Made by a program: the position numbers and the translations under genes | Shown here: positions 6,829 to 14,859 of the stretch, piece after piece | Numbering within the stretch: position 1 is the stretch's first letter | Layout: the number at the start of each line of letters is the position of its first letter | The notes under the pieces: model-generated | The model's database searches: none | What the model saw: the letters and a program-made list of their open reading frames with translations, nothing else | What the model was told of the DNA's origin: nothing | Assembly: GCA_016208355.1 (NCBI GenBank) | Contig: JACQYE010000086.1 | Location: 1-46,864, forward strand | Origin: Chloroflexota bacterium | GTDB lineage: Bacteria; Chloroflexota; Anaerolineae; Anaerolineales; Villigracilaceae | Direction: 5' to 3' | DNA length: 46,864 nucleotides

Positions 6829-8901
6829 CTACTCTTCTTTCTTTTCAGCCAATTCTTTTTTGTGGGCCTCGATGATGCCGCCGGCAATATGCGTCGGGAC
6901 GGTTTCGTAGTGGTCGAATTCCATTGCGAAGACCCCGCGCCCGCCGGTCAGCGAGCGGAGCTGGGTGGTATAGCGCAACATTTCAGCCAGCGGTACGTGA
7001 GCAACAACGATTGTGCGTCCGCGCTCCGATTCGGTACCCTGGACACGGCCGCGGCGGGTGTTCATGTCGCTCATAATGTCGCCCATGTTGGCGTCCGGGA
7101 CGGTGACGCGCACGTTCATGATCGGCTCGAAGAGCACCGGTCCAGCCTCGGCGACAGCCAGTTTGAAGGCCTCGCGCCCGGCAATTTCAAAAGCCACTGG
7201 CTTGGAGTCCACCGGGTGTTCCTTGCCATCGTACACGATAACGCGCACATTGTTCATCGGGAATCCGGCGATCACACCCTGGTTCAGGGTAGCGCGGATC
7301 CCTTTTTCTATGGGAGACAAGTAAGATTTCGAAAGGTTCATGCCGACCAATTCGTCAGTGAAATCGAAATCGCCTTCCATGTATGGCTCGATCTTCAACC
7401 ACACTTCGCCAAACTGGCCCGCGCCGCCGGTTTGCTTCTTGTGGCGATACATTGCATCGCCCTTCTTGGTGATGCCTTCGCGGTACGGAACCTTCGGCTC
7501 GATAGTCGTCAGCCCGACCTGGAGCTTGCCTTCGGCGCGGCGGATGGCCACATCAATGTGCTGATCGCCCATGCCTTGCAAGATCGTCTGCGAAGTGGAT
7601 GGCTCGTTGTACCAGGAGAGAGTCATGTCTTCTTCGCACAGGCGGGTGAGCGTGGGCGAAATCTTGGCGGCATCGGCCTGGGTCTTGGGATTGATTGCCA
7701 CGCGGTACAGTGCGTTCGGATATTGCGGTTTGGGCAGGGTTAACGGGTGGCCCTTGTCGCACAAGGTGTCGCCGGTGCTGGGGACGGAGAGTGTCGCCAC
7801 GACGCCTATATCGCCGGAGTGAATGACCTTCTGCGGGATGCCTTCCTTGCCGCGCATTATCGAAAGGGAGGCCATGCGCTCCTCGGCGCCCTTGACCTGG
7901 TTCCAGATGCGGGTATCCGCCTGGAGCGTGCCGGAGTAGACGCGGAAGTATGTCAGTTTCCCGACGAACGGGTCGGCGGTAGTTTTCCAGACATAAATTG
8001 CAAGCGGCCCAGAATCGGAGGCAACGAGTTTCTCCTCGCCTTCCCTGCCTTGGGCAATCGCCGCTGGGACCTCTGCCGGGGAGGGGAACAGGCTGATGAC
8101 GGCATCCAGCAGGGGCAGGATGCCCTTCTCGTGCGCCCCGGCTGAGACGAAAACCGGCACATACGCGCCTGAACGGACAATCGCCTTGAGCCCCTTTCCC
8201 AATTCCTCGTCGGACAGGGCTCCGTTCTCAAAGTATTTCTCCATCAAGGAGTCGTCGCCCTCAGCAGCGGCTTCGATGAGCGCTGTGCGGGCTGCTTCGG
8301 CAGCAGGCTTCAGGTCCGCGGGGATTTCTTCCGCAGACTTGCCGTCGCCGGCGTAAGCCTTCATCGCAACCAGGTCAATCACACCCTTGAAAGCAGCCTT
8401 TTCGCCCCAGGGCAACTGCACCGGGATAAGGCGCACGGGCGAAAATTCCTGCACCGTGGCAAGCGCTTTCTTGAAGTCAGCGTTGTCGCGGTCCATTTTG
8501 TTGATGACCAAAAAGCGCGGCAATTTGAAAGCGTCGCAATAGTTCCACGTGATCTCAGTGCCCACTTCCATACCGGCCACTGAGTCCACCAGAATGAGCG
8601 CGCCGTCGGCCACGCGTAGGGCCGAGATAACCTCACCCACGAAGTCGGTGTAACCGGGCGTGTCGAGCACGTTGATCTTGTGGTTCTTGTATTCCACAGG
8701 GACAATGCTCGTTGACAGCGACAGTTTTCGGCGGATTTCTTCATCCTCGAAGTCGGAAGCGGTCGTCCCGTCTTCGATCTTGCCAAGGCGGGTGGTCCCG
8801 CCCGTCGCGTGCAGGAATGCCTCTGCCAGCATGGTCTTGCCGCCCGAACCATGCGAAACGAGCGCAATGTTGCGGAGAAATTCAGTAGTATACTCTTTCA
8901 T
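6829..8901 (-). CDS. fusA: elongation factor G paralogue (EF-G2-like translational GTPase)
   Basis: 690 aa. G1 VSHGSGGKT, G3 DTPGYTDF, G4 NKMD, then EF-G domains II-V (e.g. GDQHIDV, GGGQFGEVW, YHEVDS-like KEHPVDS). Confidence 0.9.
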   Translation of the reverse strand: MKEYTTEFLRNIALVSHGSGGKTMLAEAFLHATGGTTRLGKIEDGTTASDFEDEEIRRKLSLSTSIVPVEYKNHKINVLDTPGYTDFVGEVISALRVADGALILVDSVAGMEVGTEITWNYCDAFKLPRFLVINKMDRDNADFKKALATVQEFSPVRLIPVQLPWGEKAAFKGVIDLVAMKAYAGDGKSAEEIPADLKPAAEAARTALIEAAAEGDDSLMEKYFENGALSDEELGKGLKAIVRSGAYVPVFVSAGAHEKGILPLLDAVISLFPSPAEVPAAIAQGREGEEKLVASDSGPLAIYVWKTTADPFVGKLTYFRVYSGTLQADTRIWNQVKGAEERMASLSIMRGKEGIPQKVIHSGDIGVVATLSVPSTGDTLCDKGHPLTLPKPQYPNALYRVAINPKTQADAAKISPTLTRLCEEDMTLSWYNEPSTSQTILQGMGDQHIDVAIRRAEGKLQVGLTTIEPKVPYREGITKKGDAMYRHKKQTGGAGQFGEVWLKIEPYMEGDFDFTDELVGMNLSKSYLSPIEKGIRATLNQGVIAGFPMNNVRVIVYDGKEHPVDSKPVAFEIAGREAFKLAVAEAGPVLFEPIMNVRVTVPDANMGDIMSDMNTRRGRVQGTESERGRTIVVAHVPLAEMLRYTTQLRSLTGGRGVFAMEFDHYETVPTHIAGGIIEAHKKELAEKKEE

Positions 8902-8978
8902 GCAAACCTCTGATTAAGATTGGGATGATTCCAGCCGCCTGATTATACCAACATTTTTGTTTTCTGCTTTTCTGTTTT

Positions 8979-9249
8979 ATGGACGCCTTCCGCCGCTTGA
9001 ACTTTTCCCTCTGGTACTACCGTCGCCCGCCATGGGACAGCGGCATCGTCCCACCCGAGGTGATGGATTTTATCTCCAATCACGACCCCGGCCGCGCTCT
9101 TCAAAGAGGCAGGAGCGGGAGGCCCGGGTTTGGTATATGCAGATTTGGAATGGGCTGCGAAAGAGCTGGAATTGATCGAACGCCGGGATGGGGTGGATAA
9201 AAAGAGCAGGCATTCAGCCTGGTTTACTTACAAGTTCGCGAAAGACTGA
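8979..9249 (+). pseudogene. remnant of a class I SAM-dependent methyltransferase with internal deletion and frameshift
   Basis: Frame 3: MDAFRRLNFSLWYYRRPPWDSGIVPPEVMDFISNHDPGRAL, then nonsense where the GCGTG SAM motif should follow. Frame 1 from about 9100: FKEAGAGGPGLVYADLEWAAKELELIERRDGVDKKSRHSAWFTYKFAKD* looks like the matching C-terminus. Confidence 0.4.
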
Positions 9250-9317
9250 CCTAACCCAAGTCTGAATATGTTCCAAAGGTTGTGGGGAACTTCACTCAAG
9301 CACCCCCAAAAGTCAGG

Positions 9318-9346
9318 TTGCTAATTCGGATAATTTATGTCATAAT
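9318..9346 (+). promoter_or_regulatory. putative sigma-70 promoter for the lipoprotein gene
   Basis: TTGCTA (9318-9323), 17-nt spacer, TGtCATAAT (-10 at 9341-9346). Confidence 0.45.
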
Positions 9347-9377
9347 TGCCGCATCTTACTGGTTACGGAGGATCGCC

Positions 9378-10046
9378 ATGAAAAACAAGAAACTTGGATA
9401 CCTGGGGGTTATGCTTGCTACTTTAACAATGGTCTCGTGCATCCCTTTTCCGACTGCCACGCCGCAGGTCATCCAGGGAAATAATCCAGCCCCGGAGACC
9501 CTCCCGGAGGTCACCAGCACGCCCACTCTTGAAGTGGTCCCCACAGCCACCACGGACACAAGAGTGATCATCACTGCCGCCACTGGAAGTCTGGCCATCC
9601 GACGAGGACCGGGAACCAACTATAACCTGCTGGGTTACCTGCAAGACGGGCAAAGCGCGGTTGCCACGGCCCGCGACGGCACGGGGGGCTGGCTCTATAT
9701 CCCCATCCCGGCCTCCCCCACCCTCTATGGCTGGGTAGCCGCCGGGACGCAGTATTCCACCATCCAGGGCGACATCAACTCGCTCGAGGTCATGACAGTT
9801 GCTGCGGCAGAGCCAATCATCATCCGAAACTGCACTTTTCACCCGATGCTGATCACCCCGTTGAATGTTATTCTGGCACCGCAATATGACGCGCCAAACA
9901 ACGTCCTGCAAGTCGCTCCTGGAGATTATGCGGCGTATGACCAGAACCAGGAGGGCCATCCCCAGGTCAAGGCAATGAGCTTGGAAGAGGGCGATTGGGT
10001 TGATATCAATACAGACGGTCTGAACAATACTTATTACTGTCCATAA
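9378..10046 (+). CDS. secreted lipoprotein with SH3b-like domain, function unknown
   Basis: GGAGGA Shine-Dalgarno before the ATG at 9378. Signal peptide MKNKKLGYLGVMLATLTMVSC. GSLAIRRGPGTNYNLLGYLQDGQSAVATARDGTGGWLYI resembles a bacterial SH3 domain. Confidence 0.6.
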   Translation: MKNKKLGYLGVMLATLTMVSCIPFPTATPQVIQGNNPAPETLPEVTSTPTLEVVPTATTDTRVIITAATGSLAIRRGPGTNYNLLGYLQDGQSAVATARDGTGGWLYIPIPASPTLYGWVAAGTQYSTIQGDINSLEVMTVAAAEPIIIRNCTFHPMLITPLNVILAPQYDAPNNVLQVAPGDYAAYDQNQEGHPQVKAMSLEEGDWVDINTDGLNNTYYCP

Positions 10047-10055
10047 TAATTCAAA

Positions 10056-10088
10056 AGGGTTGTGTGGCAGACACTGCCACACAACCCT
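10056..10088. terminator. bidirectional hairpin terminator (lipoprotein gene / pfp convergent)
   Basis: AGGGTTGTGTGGCAG aca CTGCCACACAACCCT, a perfect 15-bp stem. Confidence 0.65.
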
Positions 10089-10115
10089 CCTTCAGCGGGA
10101 AGTCGCAGGAATAAA

Positions 10116-11315
10116 TTACCCTTCACTTGTCATGATAAACAGGGGCTTCATTTCAAAGGATTCGTACTTGGGCCGGTAGCGGTCGGTATTGTAGAATTCG
10201 TTGACGTTGACCACTTTCTTCGAGCCGGTCACTACTTCCAGCGGGACATTATCGTAACGGCCATTCTTGAGCACCACAAGGCGACCATGGATGCCCTTGA
10301 TGAGCAGGTCAAGTGCCAGGTTGCCAAAAGCCATTGGGACAACCGAGTCGATCGCGTCCGGGTCGCCGCCGCGCACCATATAGCCCAGTTTTTGGTTGAT
10401 GATGTTGATCGTCACGCCGTTGTTGTACTTCGCGGTGCGGTTTTGTAATTCCGCCGAGACCAGGTCGCCAATGCCGCCCAGTTTTGCATGGCCAAAAGCG
10501 TCGGTAGCGCCATCCTGGAACACCATCTCCCCGCCCTCGAATGTTGCCCCTTCGGAGACCATCACAATGGAATATTTGCTGGGGTTATGGTTGCGGTCAT
10601 AGACCAGCAGTTCGGCCAGGCGGTCAATGTTGAATTTCCATTCGGGGATCACACAGCGGTTGGCTGCGCCAGCCATGGTCGGGAGCATTGCGGTGAACCC
10701 GGCATAGCGGCCAAAGACCTCCAGAACCATGATGCGCTCGTGCGAACCGCCGATGGTACGCAGGTTGTTGGTTAGATTAATCGTGCGCGTGACACAGGTG
10801 GAAAACCCGATGCAGTAATCAGTGCCGGGTACGTCGTTATCCATCGTCTTGGGGATGGCAATGACTTTGAAGCCTTCCTTTAGCAATCGGACGGCGTAAC
10901 TCAGCGTATCGTCTCCACCGATGGGGATGAGATAGTCAATGCCAAGGAAGTCCAGGTTCTTCAAAATTTCCTCGGTCAGGTCGTTGCGTTCCTCGTGGTA
11001 TTTTTCGCGCAGGTGCACGGGAACGCTTTCTTTTTTTACTTTCGCGGCGTTCGTACGCGAGGTATGCAGGAAAGTTCCGCCTGTGCGCCCGGCGCGATTC
11101 ACCACTTCTTCGGTCAGCAATTGGTAATTGGGGCTATTGTCTGCATTTTTATCCCGGACGAGATCCATCAACCCGCCCCAGCCGCGCCGCAGCCCGATAA
11201 CCTGATACCCTTCGCGCAACGCGCGGATCGTGACCGCCCGAATAGCCGGGTTCAGCCCTGGCACGTCCCCGCCGCCGGTCAGGATGCCGATGACACCTGG
11301 TTTTTTTGTTGACAT
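10116..11315 (-). CDS. pfp: 6-phosphofructokinase with pyrophosphate-dependent signature
   Basis: GILTGGGDVPGLNPAIR, IPIGGDDTLSYA (Asp where ATP-PFKs have GGDGS) and IPKTMDNDV (Lys where ATP-PFKs have Gly). Together these are the classical PPi-specificity residues. Confidence 0.9.
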   Translation of the reverse strand: MSTKKPGVIGILTGGGDVPGLNPAIRAVTIRALREGYQVIGLRRGWGGLMDLVRDKNADNSPNYQLLTEEVVNRAGRTGGTFLHTSRTNAAKVKKESVPVHLREKYHEERNDLTEEILKNLDFLGIDYLIPIGGDDTLSYAVRLLKEGFKVIAIPKTMDNDVPGTDYCIGFSTCVTRTINLTNNLRTIGGSHERIMVLEVFGRYAGFTAMLPTMAGAANRCVIPEWKFNIDRLAELLVYDRNHNPSKYSIVMVSEGATFEGGEMVFQDGATDAFGHAKLGGIGDLVSAELQNRTAKYNNGVTINIINQKLGYMVRGGDPDAIDSVVPMAFGNLALDLLIKGIHGRLVVLKNGRYDNVPLEVVTGSKKVVNVNEFYNTDRYRPKYESFEMKPLFIMTSEG

Positions 11316-11376
11316 ACACTACTCCTTGACAAAAAATGAGAACAACTACTGCTTTCGCAGTACCCTGTAAGCGGCT

Positions 11377-11404
11377 ATTATACTCCCCGCCTTTTCCCCC
11401 GCAA
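11377..11404 (-). promoter_or_regulatory. putative promoter of pfp
   Basis: Minus strand: TTGCGG, 16-nt spacer, TATAAT (plus-strand ATTATA at 11377-11382). Leader of about 55 nt with a TACTGC-gaaa-GCAGTA hairpin. Confidence 0.4.
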
Positions 11405-11697
11405 GGATTCACGGCCTTTGAGGAGCTGCTAATGATGTCCCTGCCAATCCCTTGCACCACGGTGCGCACAGTCCCCTTCGGGGATGATAAGAGCACGGAA
11501 AGTTACTTTTTGGTTTTACTCTGTGGACTCGGTGTTCTCTGTGGTGATGTTTTTACACACCTTTCACCGCTCCCGGCTTTTGGGGATTAGCGCCGTAAGG
11601 CAAGAGACAGGGTAATGCAGAACCATGGGGAACCAGGATTCGTGAAAAATCGCCTCCAGCGGGTATAATAAGACCAGCCCATCTCCTGTGAGCCGCC

Positions 11698-12312
11698 ATG
11701 AACATATCCCCTTCCGGCCCTTTCCTGACAGACCCCAGTGGTCAAGAACACCACCTGAAGAAAGACGTTTTCACCATCGGCCGCGCGGTCGAGTGCGATG
11801 TGGTCATTGTCAGTAAAAGCATCTCGCGTGAGCATGCCCGTATCCGCCGGGACGGACGCCGCTGGTTTGTGGATGATCTCGGCTCCACCAACGGAACATT
11901 CCGCAATAACGAGCGTGTCGTAGGCAGCCTTGACTTGCGCGATGGGGACAGCCTGAAAACTGGCGATGTAACCTTCGTCTTCCACGACCCCGATACAACC
12001 TCGCGCGAAAATCCCGTGCCCGACCTGGAGGTGGATACCGTCGCCGGGGTGGTGCGCGTCAACCGGCAGGCAGTAACGCTCTCGCCAAAAGAGTATGCCC
12101 TGCTGGCCTACCTCTACGAGCGCCGCGGGCAGGTCTGCTCGAAGGATGACATCGGACGCGCGGTCTGGCCGGAATATCAGGCAGGCGGCATCTTCGATTA
12201 TCAGATCGAGAATCTCGTCCGCCGCCTGCGGACACGCATCGAGGTGGACCCGGCCGACCCGCAGTTGTTGTTCACCATTCGTGGGCTGGGTTATAAATTG
12301 ATGACTGCGTAG
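11698..12312 (+). CDS. FHA domain fused to OmpR/PhoB-type winged-helix DNA-binding domain (transcriptional regulator)
   Basis: FHA motifs: FTIGRAVECDVVI, SREHARI, GSTNGTF. C-terminal wHTH: VTLSPKEYALLAYLYERRGQVCSKDDI...IENLVRRLRTRIE...TIRGLGYKL. No receiver domain. Confidence 0.85.
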   Translation: MNISPSGPFLTDPSGQEHHLKKDVFTIGRAVECDVVIVSKSISREHARIRRDGRRWFVDDLGSTNGTFRNNERVVGSLDLRDGDSLKTGDVTFVFHDPDTTSRENPVPDLEVDTVAGVVRVNRQAVTLSPKEYALLAYLYERRGQVCSKDDIGRAVWPEYQAGGIFDYQIENLVRRLRTRIEVDPADPQLLFTIRGLGYKLMTA

Positions 12313-12477
12313 ACCTTTTTATTTCAATATACGTCGGCGGTTCCACTGCCGGCGTATTCGCTTGTCAGCATAATTACTGGATTCGCTCAATCAATATCAT
12401 CTCAATGCCCTCCCAATAGCCCTCTATTAGCCGGTGGATAGGTTGAATCTCGTCCTCTCATGTAATATGGAGGCCGG

Positions 12478-13980
12478 ATGAGACCTATGGCCGCGAAAAT
12501 AAAAACCCTGGCGAAAACCAAACACATGGCCCCTGTTTCCCTGGAAGGTCAAACACTCGGCAAATACCGTATCCTGGAGCCGCTGGGACGCGGCGGGATG
12601 GCGCAGGTCTACAAGGCCTACCACCCCAGCCTCGACCGTTATGTGGCAATCAAAGTCCTGCGCTCCGACTTGGTGGAAGAGAGCGAGTTCCTGTCCCGCT
12701 TCCGGCGCGAGGCGCGCTCGGTTGCCGGTCTGCGTCACCCGAATATCGTCCAGGTCTACGACTTCGACGTACAGAGCGAACTTTACTTCATGGTCATGGA
12801 GCTCCTGGAAGGCGACACGCTTAAAGCCTACTTGAATGCCTTCCGTACACGGGGCGAACGCATGCCGTTGGGCGAGTTGACCCGCATCCTGAATGACGTA
12901 CTCGCCGGCCTGACATATGCCCATTCCGAAGGCGTCATCCACCGGGACCTGAAACCTGCCAACATCTTACTGACGCGCCGCGGCCAGGCCGTACTGACCG
13001 ACTTCGGCATTGCCCAGATCCTCGGCGGTACGCAGTACACAGTCTCCGGCGCGCTAATGGGAACACTAAACTACATGGCCCCCGAACAGGGCCGGGATGG
13101 GAAGTGCGATGTCCGCTCGGATATCTACTCGCTGGGTATCGCCTACTACGAAATGCTGACCGGCAGCGTCCCCTTCGACGCGGATACGCCGCTGGCAATC
13201 CTGATGAAGCACCTGAACGACCCCCTGCCCCTGCCGCGCACACTCGAACCATCCATCCCGGAGGCCTTCGAGCGCGTGGCGCTCAAGGCGCTCGCCAAGA
13301 ACCCGGACGAACGCTACCAGAGCGCAGCCGAGATGTCAGCGGCGATCAACGCTGCTGCACAGGAGACCGGCATTCAGGTCCCGGAGGCGACGACGCTTCC
13401 ACAAACGATGACCGTCCCCCGGGTCCGGCCCGCACCGGTGCCCGTCTTCTCCGGGAAAGGCAAGTCCGACATCGCCGATGATGGGTTTGCTTCCGGTGAT
13501 ACAGAAATTAAAATAAAACCCCCCAGGCCCGAATCGGCCCAGAAACAGGGATCCCGCGGCGCATTGACCTGGGTTACCCTGATGGTTTTAGGCAACATGA
13601 TCCTGCTGTGGGCGAGCGGGGTTTATGGCTGGAGTGTGTTTGGGCTCGCCTGGCCAATGGAACTGGTCCTGGTTGGCGGTTTGTTCTTCCTGCTGATGGT
13701 GGAATCATCCAGCCCGTGGCTGCTTATCCCGGGCGGGATGCTGATGGGCAACGGTCTGCTCCTGGCCTACTACGCCCTGACTGGCCGCTGGCAAGACTGG
13801 GCTATCCTGTGGCCGCTGGAACCCTTGATCGTGGCCGGTTCGATTATTGCACCATTCTGGCTCACCAGGCAAAGTGATGGAGGCCGGGCTTTTGTGAGAT
13901 GGTTTGGAACCGGTGTTCTGGTGGTGGCTGGAATTACATTCGTTATCTCGTTGGCGGTAGCAATTATCCAGTCTCTTTAA
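12478..13980 (+). CDS. Hanks-type serine/threonine protein kinase with C-terminal polytopic membrane domain
   Basis: GRGGMAQVYKA, VAIKVL, HRDLKPANILL, DFGIA, YMAPEQ. Pro-rich linker, then about 140 aa of TM helices containing WPMEL and LWPLEP motifs. GGAGG Shine-Dalgarno before the ATG. Confidence 0.9.
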   Translation: MRPMAAKIKTLAKTKHMAPVSLEGQTLGKYRILEPLGRGGMAQVYKAYHPSLDRYVAIKVLRSDLVEESEFLSRFRREARSVAGLRHPNIVQVYDFDVQSELYFMVMELLEGDTLKAYLNAFRTRGERMPLGELTRILNDVLAGLTYAHSEGVIHRDLKPANILLTRRGQAVLTDFGIAQILGGTQYTVSGALMGTLNYMAPEQGRDGKCDVRSDIYSLGIAYYEMLTGSVPFDADTPLAILMKHLNDPLPLPRTLEPSIPEAFERVALKALAKNPDERYQSAAEMSAAINAAAQETGIQVPEATTLPQTMTVPRVRPAPVPVFSGKGKSDIADDGFASGDTEIKIKPPRPESAQKQGSRGALTWVTLMVLGNMILLWASGVYGWSVFGLAWPMELVLVGGLFFLLMVESSSPWLLIPGGMLMGNGLLLAYYALTGRWQDWAILWPLEPLIVAGSIIAPFWLTRQSDGGRAFVRWFGTGVLVVAGITFVISLAVAIIQSL

Positions 13981-14088
13981 TCTCCGCCTGACTGACACAA
14001 AGAATTCCTCGATACTGGCTGAATCAATGGCCGCCAGTCTTGTTCAACGCGGCCAATTTCATAATCAAAGAACCTAAAGGAGGTTCCC

Positions 14089-14781
14089 ATGCATAAAAAC
14101 GCTTCTCTTCTTTTCGGTGTGACCCTGATCGCGCTGGCATTGCTGGCGCTGGCCGGCAACCTGCTGGCCGGGGCAACCGGCGTGGACATCATGCGCGCTG
14201 GTTTTCACACCTGGCCGCTGGCCGTTGTCGGTGCCGGCCTGCTGTTTTGCGTCCCGCCGTTCATCTTCCGCCAACAAAAAGGGCTGGGCGGCCTGTTCAT
14301 CCCCGGCCTGCCGGTGTTGACCACGGGCATCCTGCTCTTCGTGGCCAGCGTCACCGGCAACTGGGGGCTCTGGGGCACCCTGTGGCCGCTGGAAGTCATC
14401 GGCGTGGCGCTTGGCTTTGTGATGGCCGCCATCTTCCTGCGCGTGGTCTGGCTGATGGTTCCGGCCAGCATCGTGGGACTCACCGGGATGGTGCTGCTGT
14501 TCTGCTCCCTCACGGGGTTATGGGCCGCCTGGGCCGTGCTTTGGACAGTTGTTCCGTTCTCGGTGGGATTGCCGCTGCTGATCATCGGCATCTTCCAGAA
14601 GAACGACGGCGTGAAACTGGCCGGGTTGATCGTGACCGGTTTCGCCGGGCTGGCCTTCGCGGCCATGTCGGCCATCATTGTGACTACCTCCTGGCTGACA
14701 AAAATTGTCGGGCCGGTCATCATCCTGGCGCTCGGCGTCTTCATGGTCGTTTCGGCGCTGGTAAAGAAAAAGGCCGAATAA
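14089..14781 (+). CDS. polytopic membrane protein, paralogous to the kinase TM domain (LiaF/DUF5668-like TM repeats)
   Basis: AAAGGAGG Shine-Dalgarno. All-TM 230-aa protein. LFIPGLPVLTTGILLFVASVTGNWGLWGTLWPLEVIGVALGF aligns with kinase LLIPGGMLMGNGLLLAYYALTGRWQDWAILWPLEPLIVAGSI. Confidence 0.7.
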   Translation: MHKNASLLFGVTLIALALLALAGNLLAGATGVDIMRAGFHTWPLAVVGAGLLFCVPPFIFRQQKGLGGLFIPGLPVLTTGILLFVASVTGNWGLWGTLWPLEVIGVALGFVMAAIFLRVVWLMVPASIVGLTGMVLLFCSLTGLWAAWAVLWTVVPFSVGLPLLIIGIFQKNDGVKLAGLIVTGFAGLAFAAMSAIIVTTSWLTKIVGPVIILALGVFMVVSALVKKKAE

Positions 14782-14805
14782 ATTATTCGCCCATGAACAA
14801 CTACC

Positions 14806-14838
14806 AAACATCCGCAGTTTGCATGACTGCGGATGTTT
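14806..14838. terminator. bidirectional hairpin terminator
   Basis: AAACATCCGCAGT ttgcatg ACTGCGGATGTTT, a perfect 13-bp stem between convergent genes. Confidence 0.65.
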
Positions 14839-14859
14839 GAATATGGGCAAATGTGATTA

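Noticed and set aside
6757-7743. 328-aa plus-strand ORF
   Set aside because: It lies antisense to the well-supported EF-G paralogue, has His/Asp/Gly-rich composition and shows no motifs.
11432-11590. 52-codon ORF (MMSLPIPCTTVRTV...FLVLLCGLGVLCGDVF...) with a good GAGGAG Shine-Dalgarno upstream of the FHA-wHTH gene
   Set aside because: Its second half uses T-ending codons that are atypical for this genome, and I recognise no family. It could be a small Cys-rich membrane peptide, but sequence alone does not support calling it. It would be worth a look in ribosome profiling or proteomics data.
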